Shown here piece after piece: positions 11,023 through 22,690 of a DNA stretch of 32,017 bases. Source of the stretch: Dirinaria sp. TL-2023a (lineage: Eukaryota); the NCBI GenBank assembly GCA_051941275.1, contig JAVEBF010000088.1:1-32017 (forward strand), read 5' to 3'. The notes beneath the pieces are model-generated. The model was not told the origin of the DNA. It did not search any database and saw only the letters and a list, made by a program, of their open reading frames with translations. Numbering within the stretch: the first letter of the stretch is position 1; each line of letters begins with the position of its first letter. The position numbers were made by a program, and so were the translations under genes.

Positions 11023-13441
11023 TCAGCAATGCACGGCTTCCAATACTCGTCCGAAGTTCACATTGATCAATTGGGTGCGCTCGACTGGCGACGTAAGATA
11101 GCTTTTCGAGTTGCACAGCGGTGTCCATGTACCACACGAGTATACAGTTGCTGATGGGTTCATGTTCTGAAGAATTCCCTTAATTGGCAGAAGGTACTGG
11201 ACGTTGGTGCTCGTCTTGAAGGACCAGACTGTTACCATGCAGTCTAAGCCTTTGTTGGTATTCAATGTAGAGACGATGATACATCCTCTAGGACCACTCT
11301 GGATTCTGTCGTGGTTGTAACACACAGAGCGTCTGTGGCAAATTGCCTTTCTGAATTGTCGAAACGCACCCAGAAAATGATCTTTGACTGCCTGTAATTC
11401 ATGATTATCGCCATTATGGATTGAAATTGACAATCCAGACCTATCTTCATTTAATTCAAAAAGCATATCTTTCTCCTTGGTTTTTGAGAAGAGAGTTTGT
11501 TGAAGCAGATTTCACGAGTCGCGAACGATAAATCAAATCAAATGAGCCCGTACTTGGCTCCTTACAATCTTTTGCTTTGATGGATCGAGCAGTGAAGATC
11601 ATACCAAACATGACATCAGAGAAATCTCTGATCGCTCGAACTCCTGTCTCTGGTAGATCGAATGAAGTCGCTGTAAGTATTCATAGAATTGTCACACATC
11701 TTGAACGCCTGCTGAAAAATGAGGAAGGGCGCTCATTAAGTTGAACTCTTGTTCCTTTTCTGACAGAATCCCCGATCTTGCAAGCAAAAATGCTCTTGTC
11801 AGTTGACTGGATAGTGCCGGATTTATCTGACGCCATATTCTCAAAAAAAGCCTCCCACCTAAGACCGCGGTGACTATAAAGCAGTCTTCGTAGCGCTCAA
11901 ATATCATCAGAACGTCTCAATCAGGAGGGGGTCATGGCTCATGACGGCAATGATGACCAGAAGTATTGCCCAGTCTGTCCGTTCTTATAAATCCCCGGGC
12001 TGCAGGGGTAGTTCTATAACTCAATCAGAAATCGTATTATCGTATCGGCGCTCAGCGGCAAGAAACTCGAAAATAGAATGAGGGAGCATCGCTATGTAAC
12101 GATTAATGGGAGGAGTCCAAATGTCGATTCCAGGACAAATAGATGCCTTAAAGATGGGTTTTTGTGAAAGCATCTTAAATCTACTATATTAAACACTCGA
12201 TATGCACTGAGTGACTGTCTATCAACGACTAGATAGACTCGTGAACTTGACGAAGTAGATAGATAGTTCAAGGAAGCAGATTTGAGAATCGACCAGTCAA
12301 GAAGACGAAGACAGACGAGGCAAAAGCCCAAATGATTGACCAATTACTATAATAATTTCACAATGACATGAGACGGAGTAACTTCCTTGAGCCCAAGTAG
12401 ATTGTGTAATCAGTTAAAGTACTACCAACAGAAGGCAGCAGACCCTTCAAGTCGGCTCCTCTCACCTTGAAACCACTCAGGCTCTGCGAGCCTTAACCTA
12501 ATTGAGAATAATAATATCGTGCGTTCTTCACACAAACCCCAGAACGTTGTCATACGGACCGAAATCAGACTGTACCATCTTTTTTAAAAGTAGTAATTCT
12601 TGGAACTGGACCTCTATGCTGGACAATTTGCGCGCATTTCTTTATTCTTCGTCTTGGACACGATTTGCTGCGACCATCTCTTGCTCTTTAATATAAGGGC
12701 TGATGGATGAATTAAGACCAAAACCCCTTGCATTAAAATTTCTGGTAGAGTCCGTATAGACAGCTCCTCTTCAGAGACCCATCTGTAAAGAAACGTCGAA
12801 GCCACCTGATTGTTTTCAATTCAAAGCTCGATTTTGTGCAATTGCACGCGATATATTATCGCTGACATATCACGACGGACCTTACTCTCTCCATAGTAAA
12901 TAGGAAATCAAGTTCAGAATTGTAGTTGATGATACCGTGTGTTGAGAATAATTGAAGCACGAAAGCAAAGTAAGAAGTAAACTGCGATTCTTATATGGTC
13001 TATTCGATCTGGGCAGGAAATTATGCAATCTATGTGACATTACGACCAGAAACTGCGAGCTAAACTCGCTTCCTGAAATCAGGTGTCGAAGGTTAGTGCT
13101 CGTAGGCTTATTGATCAGGGAATGCCAATTGACATCTTCGAGCGCCCATCCATCAAACCCTCCAGCGAATTCCGTGTCGTTGGATCTGATGTCCTTCTTA
13201 TGTGTGTCTGGAACCAGTCGTCGAGCCATTTTTCTGTATTCCAATTCACTCGGTCACTAGAAGTTTGATTGAAATCATCCCTGTAGTGAGCTGCAATTAC
13301 GCCGAGATAGCATCTGATTCGATGTAGTTGCTGACTCGTCCACGAATCACGAAAGCGCAAAGACAAGCGGAAGGATGGTAATCACAATTCAAAAGATAAA
13401 AATAAGAAGAAGAAAATTAGAGCAAGGAATGGAGACAGCAT
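11023..13441 (-). pseudogene. Decayed gene, probably encoding a large secreted protein of unknown family
   Basis: An ATG at 13441 is followed by the signal-peptide-like MLSPFLALIFFFLFLSFEL. Successive protein-like frames on the same strand are interrupted by isolated stops and frameshifts. ORF-track pieces 11692-11907 and 11023-11466 are in one frame, separated only by four TGA codons. The 12882-13244 frame continues through several stops to ~12530. Confidence 0.6.
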
Positions 13442-14590
13442 CTTGATTAGCTGTTTCTGAAATTGTTTAGAATGTCAACAGAAAGTCTAGATTTGGGGCT
13501 GTTATGAAAGTCTTTATTGAGCAGTCGAGAAAACAATAGTTATAGGTGAGAGAGCAGCTCACGTCATAATGAAGATGAGACTTCTCGTGTATTTATGAGC
13601 TGCTAGCGCTGCCAGGTTTGTTAAATTGGGAATATATGACCACTTTAAGTGACTTTAAAGGATACGTCAAGCCTCGCGGATTTTGCACACCGGCGGTGAG
13701 CGAATTTCAGAGATATTGATTTTCCATTACTCCCATTTTAGCATTCTGTTCAAGCGTTAGCAAACGATAACATTTCCACGAGAATCCCATCACGTAGGCA
13801 TCGAATATCTCTTGATCGTCCTTGGAAATGCCTTTATTTACCATTTCCCCATCGAGCTTGGCGTGCATATTTGCCTCTCACAGATTCTCCTCTATAATGA
13901 GGTCCTGTTCGCTCATGCTTGAATCTGATTGACCACACTCTACCCTTCTGACTCAAGCGTAAGTATACATGAAGATCGAGATAGGTTGGCCCCAAAGAAA
14001 GAAAAAAGTGTCAATTACTTTTTTCCATGTGAGATGCTAACTGGGAGAACATGTCTTTTGGAAAGACGATAGACCTGGCTCCTCGCTACTTTCCATCTCA
14101 ATGCCCATTTTTTCAAGGACATAGATGAGAATAAGTCACTTAGCATCAACGAGGATTTTAGACCTGAGAAGACAGTCGACACAAGAAAAGATAAGATTGA
14201 GCGACTAACGATAGAAACGGCCATTGAACGGATCGTGAAGGCACCGTGATAGCAGACGGGAGAAGATCTAGCGTCAGCGTCAGCGATTCCCCACCGAGCG
14301 TGACGAGGATCAGAAAATTTTAAGTCGTGTCTCCCCTTCTTCCTTTGAGGTCCAAAACCGGTCATATTTTCAGAAATTCTTCGAATTGGCCCTTAAAGTT
14401 AGAGTCCGTAAATCCCTAGCATAGGTACCAAAGCTTCTGAGCAACTTCATTGGATTTTTCATGATTAGCCGGCCTCGACTGCAGTGGCTTTTTTTGTTTT
14501 TGTACGAGAATGCCGGGCATAAAGGAGGAAGTAGTATGAGTGTTAGACCCTGGTAGGGTCATACCCAAATTGAAAAAAAAAAGAAAAAAA

Positions 14591-14699
14591 GTTTGCCCAC
14601 ATCAGGATTCGAACAAAAGGGTGCATCCGTATAGGGTGGGTGTGGGACGATGGAAAGCCAAAGTTGTTCGCGGACACTTTACCGCTACACCACCACCTT
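14591..14699 (-). other. tRNA-derived / Pol III type-2 promoter-like element (pseudo-tRNA or SINE-like), not a canonical tRNA
   Basis: Minus strand: A-box-like TGGTGTAGCGG (14692-14682), B-box GTTCGAATCC (14614-14605), then an oligo-T run (plus-strand A-run 14573-14590). The acceptor and T stems do not pair. Confidence 0.5.
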
Positions 14700-15053
14700 G
14701 CTACGTGGTAACCTCTATAAGTGAATGTCCCAATTATAATATATATACTTTAAACACCACTTTATATAATTGTTCGAGTTAAGTCACCACGTTTCTATAT
14801 GGTTATCATGAAATTCAATCTGCAATGCATTTTACACATGTAAACAGCTGTTTAAAAAAAAAAAAAAAAAGAGGAGGGGGGCCCTCAGATCCCTCGCACC
14901 CTCCAATATAGGATTTGAGATTTGGGTCTTTTTCACGCTGTCCCTACGCTGGTAGACTTTCATCATACAGCTTATCAAAGATCATTCTACAAGTGCGTTT
15001 GAATCTCGAATATACCCAGGTCCGAATCCGACCCTTGATGGGAGAAAGAAATC

Positions 15054-15476
15054 TCACCTGAGAGATATCGGAAGGTAACATTTGTTTTTGTCAATTCCAT
15101 TGATGACAGCACTGGGATTGAAATCCTCCTGTGTAGTGTAAATACCTCATATGTTGTAGCTCTTCAGGTCGGTGATGGTCCGATTTTTCATTTCCAGCTT
15201 CAGAAGCGTTGACAGAGAGATACTTGGTACACCCGATTGATGTCCCTTGTCTATCATGATCTCGGCCTCTCGAGCCATCAATAGAGCATTCAGCACTGCA
15301 TTTTTTTCCACCTGATGTTCTAATATTTCTCTGCCGAAGATTCCGTTCATGAATCTTTGTCTCACTACTTTGGGAAAGACATAGAAAGCTCTGACCGTCT
15401 CATCAGATATATATTCAATTTATGATAGTCCTAGCTTGTTGAAATGGCCGACATTGCTCACGAACGCGATGTTCAT
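15054..15476 (-). pseudogene. Unidentified decayed coding fragment
   Basis: A 141-codon frame with two internal stops (TAA 15420-15422, TGA 15147-15149): MNIAFVSNVGHFNKLGLS*IEYISDETVRAFYVFPKVVRQRFMNGIFGREILEHQ...LKSYNI*GIYTTQEDFNPSAVINGIDK. Confidence 0.3.
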
Positions 15477-16817
15477 ATACCGCCCGGTGTCTGCAGAACT
15501 TTGCCAGTTTAGAATCCAGGGATTATTGCCAAAATTTTTTAGCCTCTTTCTTGATCTAAAAAAAATTTGGACTTCTCATCAATTATCCCTCTCATCCGTC
15601 GTCGCAGGTTTTTTCGGCCCTAAGATCAAAAATCATTCCTATAGTGATAGACCTATGCGGAGCCTACACAGTAATTCGGTGTTACAATAGGTATACAGTA
15701 AAGTGAGACAGACTCATCTCAACGATCGAGAGTACTCATATTAGTAAGGAAAACGGAAGACTTAGTGTATGAGGTATACTAAGAATCTATGTTTGCGGCT
15801 GTTTCCTGTTCTAAAGTCTCTCAGCTCAGCAGCAGACCAAGCATTTTCTAAGTTTCTTTCCGTTCAGGAGACTGGAAATAAACAACTCGCGATTGCTCTA
15901 AGATCGATAGTCAGCGTTGGCGATGTAATGTGTGGAAACCCGTGAACACTTCACCTGTGAAGGGAGCCCCAAATGAGCACCCTCCTTCGAGTTTGCTGCT
16001 AACCTTCAAGACCAGTAGGGTGGACATGGATGGATCGCGTTTGAAAGATTGGGAAAAAGACGGATTGGCAGGCTTCGAGCCTCAAATAGAGCATTTGAAT
16101 CGAGAGCAGATGGTCAAAGATGGATATTAAAGAGAAGAGAGCTTCAGCCACGGCACACGAAGCGATATTATTAGTATTCGGGGAAAAGTCAACGAATAAT
16201 GTGGGGGTTTTTTTTTTTTTTTTTTCGGCTGGAGTAAAAGATTTCGTCACCTTAGCAGGAGCTGGTTTGTGAGCACTGCCTGGCATTTGGCCTGCGTCAA
16301 GTGCACAGAGTCGAGTTTGAATTTTAAATTAGCGTCCTTGCAGACTTCTCATTACACCAAAGTACATGTAGTTGAGATATCAACTGATGCGGAGCGGCAA
16401 TCGAGCAGCTTTGGAAGGGCTTGAAGCCACTACGCAAAAGGAAAATCGCATTTTGCATGGTAAGATCTCTGGTATGAATGTACCTATTGGTGATCCAGAA
16501 CACCAGAGATGGGCGGTCATTTCAAAGAATGCTTTGAAAGATTTCCCTGTGCGTGCTGCTGAATATGAAAACATGCTTGGAGTGTACGCTTGAAAAGCAA
16601 TATTAGCTAGCTCATAAGCTCGTAGTATCCATCCACCCAATTTTTCCGCATGTCAAAAGAATAGAAGTAAAAGCAAGTCAGTATACAGCCACAGCGCTCT
16701 ATCCGTATCTTACAGGTTTGACCCAGCAATCTCACGCATAATTATGTACGTATGTTAGTCCTGAGGCCATCCTCCAATTGCTGCTTGGATCAAATTGCTC
16801 TGGAGCTAAGAGGGTAA

Positions 16818-19800
16818 TTAAAGCCCGAGAACGCTCTTCATAGCTTTAGATTTCTTGACGTCTTCCACAAGACAACCTCGATTGCGGAGAACCTTTTCCA
16901 GGGCTTCCATCACTCGCTCGAAACTGCTCTTGGCGCCTTTCTCCTGCGTAAAGCGCGCGATGGCCAGATTGGCCTTGCGACCGTGCTCAAGCACAGTAAA
17001 GAACTCTGCGGCAAGGGAAACAGGGCGGATGTGCAACGCTAGACCACGTCATCGGCTAAGTTATCAGGTTGACAAGGTGAAGCGTACTTACCATTCTTCT
17101 CTGCCACCCTCGCCCAGATTCTTCCTGCAGCCTTGTCAATTACAATGTCCCTAAGCCCGTACTTCCTCCATTCTCTATATATGCTTGCGACCTCTTTTCT
17201 CGCTCTCACTTTTGAGATTTGGAAACACATTACGCTCATAGCAGGCTTGATCCTCAAAAATCTGGCAAGCCAGTTCTGAGGCTGCGGCTGGATAGCTCGA
17301 GGTGGTGGTACATATGCACCGGTGTCGTCTGTAGTTTTCCTTGTATGTTCCATGGTAGTACTGCTAGGGTTTGGGAGAGCACCGGTCATATAAACGGACT
17401 GGTGCTGGCGAGAAGAAGTGACAGTATCGATGCTTTCATTATCATCAAGCCCATATTCTAACGAATCGTTAGCGCAAACTGTCATACTGCACGATATAAA
17501 AAAGAGGACTTGCTACCTAAAGTGGCCTTTGAAGGATTTTTCCCTCGCTTGACATCGCGCTTGCCAAAGATCTTGAAGAATCTGCCTTTTGCACTGGATC
17601 CCCGTCCATTCCTGGCTTCATCAGACACACGATCACCAATTCGTACCCTTTCAATATCGTCGTCCTCGCGAAGAACCTGACGGTCGTGGAACGGCTGAGC
17701 GAGAGATTGGTCTTGGCCACCCGCCTGCGCTACTCTGTCACTCTCATGGCTACCCTGTGCTTGGTTATGGCGACGAAACCAGCTCCTCTTCTTTGATTCT
17801 CCTGAAAGTGTCTTATGCTTCCTTTCTTTGGGATCACAGTTCTCTCTATCTTCATCTTCTTCAATGGGTTCAAGAGTTTTATCCATTAGACTGAGCCCTG
17901 CAGACCGGTATTCCGTTCCATGTATGCCGTGGTAGGGTCTAGAATCCTCATGGTAAGACATGTTGTCGAGCGAGGTTCGTGCATGTTGTCGTCCTGAATC
18001 AGTTGATGGTGTAGAAGAGCCGCTCTTTTTACGGATGGTGAGCGGCTTTGTTGGCGAAATGGGCTTGTGGTCGCTTCCTACCACACGGATAGTTGCGCGG
18101 TGACGGTCAGAGACGACAGGCTCGGACGCAGTGCGCAGCCCAGTGTAACCTTTCTCCAAAAACCGCTCGAATGTATCATTACTACGTTCAAGCGGGGATT
18201 TTGGGTCCGGAGTCGACGCTGCCCGGCGCTCCTGTTCTCGAATCCTTACAGCGCTCGGCTGCATCAAGCGATCTAGATGGGCTATGACTTCATCCAACGA
18301 TCCTGCAATGCTTGGGTCTGCGGCTCGTTGCAGCAATAGCTCTCGAGCTTTAGCAAGCTCACGTTGATTGAACTCATAAGATCCAGGATGCTCGGGAGGC
18401 GGCAGCTCAGGCAGTGGCCGTTCTTGGAGAGGTTTCGGCTTGGTTTGGCTTATGACTTTGGTAGACTGTTGACGCTGCAGGATCGATGAAGCTGAGTCTT
18501 CTCGCACAGACAGAGACGTTGCTGGCGTGTGCATTTGATTATCGGCTTCAGTGATAGGCGTGCCACTGAGTTGTAGGGACGAGCGATTGAAAGCTTCGTC
18601 GCAGAACTTCTCTAGCTCAGTGCTCACATTCCTGGTATCCTCCCGCCAATAATGGCTTGCCCTTGTGAATGTGACATCCGGGACCGGAGGTCTTCTAGAA
18701 GGCGTCTTACGGGATCGGACTACTTGGTGGACCCCGGGACCTGGGCTGTCTGCCGCAAAGCCCGAGGTCTGTTTGGGCTCCTCCTTTTCCTCTGTGAGGT
18801 TGAATCTTTCCTGCAAGGTTAGTGCGTTAGACTCGCGCTTTGTCTTGATCATCGAATGGTTGGTCAATGTCGATGCTCTTCGAGGGTGTACAAAGCTCAC
18901 ATTGCGCTTATAGCTTATTGACTTGCGCACGACGCTGGAATTGCTAGCCAGAGACCTCCTAGATGCACCACGAGGCAACTTACGTTGTTGGGGACTTCCC
19001 GCAGACGATGACGAGGCTCGAAGACTGTACGTTGCTTCGTCTTGGACTCTGGCGAGCAATGGATTACGAACAGAACTATGACTTGTAAGTCGACGGCTGT
19101 AGACGCTCGGCGGCCGTTGGCGAGAGGCTGCAGAAACACCTCGTAAGATTGTGATCCGGGCTTGGTCCGCCTCAGCCTTTGTCATCTGCTTTCTACTCGA
19201 TGCTTTGTACGGATCGTAGCTCTGCTCTGTATCTGCTACACTAGGCTGTCGCCTATGGCTCTGGCTCTGACTTTTGCGAGAAACACCCTCGTTGAGTATA
19301 GAATACCGAGACTGCCGACTATTTGGAAGTGGTGGGTGCAAAGAGGCTCTTGTTGAAGATGGCTGTACAGGTGCTGTGGTGTGGTGGTAATCGCTCGTTG
19401 AATACTCCATGATTGGTCCGTCGTAGTTCTCGAGATGTTCTTCACGAAAGCGCAAAAGCTTAGTATACAATACCCGCTCATGATTAGGCCTGTGAGACTT
19501 TGTAAGTGGTGTAAGTACCCCACAATGCGGGTGAGCAACTTACACATCACTAAGAAGCTGCTGAGCGACTTCTTCCTCGGTAACTCCATGCCACAGATTT
19601 TGCAAATTTTGAAGCAATTCCCTGTCGATGTCTTTTCGATTCCTGATCATGGGCCCACAGTCGTTGATCGTCAGAGGGCTCGGTGGACCAATATATGGTT
19701 TGCCATTCGCGTCCATAGCATCTAGGCTTTCATATCGTCTAAGCAATGGATGTTCCCACATCTTTTTCATCGATATCCTCTGTCGAGGATCATACTGCAG

Positions 19801-20931
19801 CATCCGCCAGATGAGATCTTTCGCATGCACGGACAAGCCTTCTGGAAATGTATATTTACCAGCAAGCACCAACTGTATGACTTCCCTATGATCTCCCTCG
19901 CAGTCGAACGGTAATGTCCCTGTTAGCATTGCGTAGAGTATAATGCCAGAAGACCATATATCAGCCCTATCGCCGCGGTAGTTTTTGGCCTGGATGACCT
20001 CAGGAGATGCGTAATGTGGGCTGCCGCAAGATGTAGTCAACCATTTGTTGGCAGGTTGAAGCGCGGCCATTCCGAAATCTACAATCTTGATGTTTCCATT
20101 CCGGTCCATGAGAATATTCTCTGGCTTGAGGTCGCGATGGCATATGTTGAAGCGATGGCAGTAGGACAATCCAGCTATCATCTGTCGAAAGATGCGTATT
20201 GCTTCTTGTTCCGGTAGTCGACCGTGGCAAGATATGTAATGAAAAAGCTCGCCGCCCTCAACGTACTCGAGTACAAGGTATCTATAGTGCCTTAGTATTC
20301 GAGTGCAATCCCGAGAAAGTTGTATGTCGGCTTACAGTTCACCCCTATTCTCCCATACATCGTAAAGGCTAATTATATTAGGATGCTCTATCAGCTTCAT
20401 TATGACAACCTCACGTTCAATGCCAAACGGTATCAGACGTTGTCCATTCTGAGCTGCAATAGTGTCCATAACCGCAAGACTGTCTGTCCTGAGCAATTCT
20501 GCTGCCTTTTTGCTCACGATCTTGATCGCAGCCTTCTGACCAGTGACGGCATGCTTTGCTGCTCTGACTCTCCCCGATGCCCCTTTACCGAGTGTTTTAC
20601 CCAAAAGCCACGGTCCCACATGTGTTTTTCGTCTGGATTTCTTCGACGCGTCTGTTGAGGCCGCAGATATCTGAGAGTCACGATTGGTATTACGCTCACT
20701 ACCGCTAACAGCCGAGACACGTTTGTCTTCCGCATACGATCCTGGAGAACTCGTAGCGGGTATTTGGAGGTTTCCGCCGGGCTTGAGCGAGGTATGATGT
20801 GGTATATGTGGCGTAGAATAAGGCTCTGAGGATGCTGGCGGGGTAGAAAGTTGATTGTTGACCCATTCCGTCGTGTCGCTGAGGGGCTGCCGATACCTTC
20901 TGGGTCGTTGTGTAGGCGTAAGGGAATCCAT
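16818..20931 (-). CDS. gin4: Nim1-type Ser/Thr protein kinase of the Gin4/Hsl1/Kcc4 (Cdr2) family with a C-terminal fungal KA1 domain, ~1297 aa, 5 exons
   Basis: Exons 20931-20336, 20281-19544, 19489-17517, 17457-17092 and 17038-16818 (3894 nt, frame-consistent). Kinase motifs are VGPWLLGKTLGKGASGRVR, AAIKIVSK, PFGIEREVVIMKLIEHPN, HRDLKPEN, DFGMAALQP and TSCGSPHYASPE. A long Ser/Arg-rich linker follows. The C-terminal QNWLARFLRIKP...ARFTQEKGAKSSFERV matches the fungal KA1 pattern. The symbol is a family-level assignment. Confidence 0.92.
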
Positions 20932-22690
20932 GTTAGGTATTAGACAATGCAGAAGCTCTGTAGTCGAGCAATAGGTGCCAAGGTTTAAAGAGTGTTAGTA
21001 CGGACTTGGGAATCGATATGTTCAGTAGCGCGTCGGTGCTGGAGAAGGCATTCTGAGGTGTAAAGTATGCGCCTGAAAGCCATCGAGCAAGAACCAGCGT
21101 ATTAGTAGCTCCAAAATCGTGCAATGAGAGGCTTCGTGGACTAGTGAGAGGAGGTTACGCTCCCTCTCTTCATCGCTCTTTTAGCAGTTTTGATATCTTG
21201 AAGACGCGTGTCGCTCCTTCCCCACTGGAATTCCAAGTGTGTGCCTGTTTTCAGGTCTTCAAGCCTCCACAGCTCGATCGAATACAAGCAACGGAATCAG
21301 CAGCAATAGCAATTGAAGCTCATGGGTCTGTTAACTCGTGACTGCGGCGGCAATTTTGCGAGCAAGTGAAATGAGATTACTGGGAAATCGGAGAATGTTT
21401 ACTTACCCAAGCGGTCACTGGCAGGCCCTAATCTCTGTGCTTCCAGAACGGGGAATGTATTAACGATTGAAGACTGCACTAGGCACAACAACACATAGGA
21501 GAGCAACAAAATACGATACAGTATTACCGAAGCAATAGTAAGGTAGCAAACATCGATATTCACCATGGCTAATTTACCACAGTAACCACATTACCAGATA
21601 TTCTATGATAACGAAGTCCACCAGGCCGATTTGTATGGCTCCCCCTTAGCATTTTCGCTATCCTATTGGGGTCGTGTCTTACTCTGGAATGTGAGGAATC
21701 GCCAGAATCCAGGGCCGAGGGGGCTTGGAATTGCTACTGTTCAAAGAAGACCCCACTTCCAAGCCAAGAGCCTTGACGATCTTCTACATCATCAGAGAAG
21801 CCATATTTTGGTATCAAATGTAGACGACAACACAGCATGGTGAAGAATACGAGCAACGTGAAGTCTTGTTTGGCCAGCCAGGATCGTTACCCACCTTACC
21901 TTATTAGGCACCCGGAGTCGTCCCGTAATCGACTAGGCCTCAATTGGCAGGCTCGCTGGAGAACCACGTAAAAAGTAGGCAGGATGCTCCATGTTACGCT
22001 GTACGCACAATGGAACAGTAAAACCGTTGAACCAAAGGGGAGAGAGAGTCTAGAGGTAAATAGTTGGGTATATGAGACTGATCCAGAGACGGTCAGCCCT
22101 CTTCCCTCGATCTTTGTACGCGTCGCTCCTCTGTACTGTACGGCAAAGGCTAGCATTTTTGAAGAGATGCTGCATTATATATATCGTTGCTCGCGTTCAA
22201 CTCAGAAAGCTGGCTGAGGGAGCACGCTACATGTATCCACGTTCCCTTGAACGGCCGCAACATGCTGAAACAATTCTCCTGCACAAGAAACAAGCTCACT
22301 GATCCCCAGAAAAGGCTCTGATGAAGACAAAGCTGCTTCCGGCCAAAGCCTCTCAAAAACACCGTGGTATCAAGCCAAGGAAGTAGCAACCCATGGTCCC
22401 AAAGAAAGCCCCTAGACGTAAACCAAAGACGCCGCCGAAAACGTTGCCGACTCCGAGCAGAGTTTTATACATTAGCTTCCCCCGCCTCCATCGGAAATTT
22501 TTTACCGGCCTATTCTAGCGATTTCGCACCCAGTGCGCCTTGCTCTTCATTGATACAAGCTCATGACAGGTAAAAGTAAACTCGTGGACGACAGTAGCCC
22601 GAGGTGAAAGAGTAGGGGCGTCTAGCTGCCATTGCGGCCACGTCCCTATTCCTGCAAGGTCTCATGATATCGTCAAAATGATGCCAACGG

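Noticed and set aside
8400..16700. Assignment as a Starship, LTR or DNA transposon
   Set aside because: No tyrosine recombinase, RT/integrase or DDE motifs, and no terminal repeats visible; kept only as an untyped relic.
17517..20735. Numerous short ORFs overlapping the kinase
   Set aside because: Alternative-frame or antisense shadows of a long coding region.
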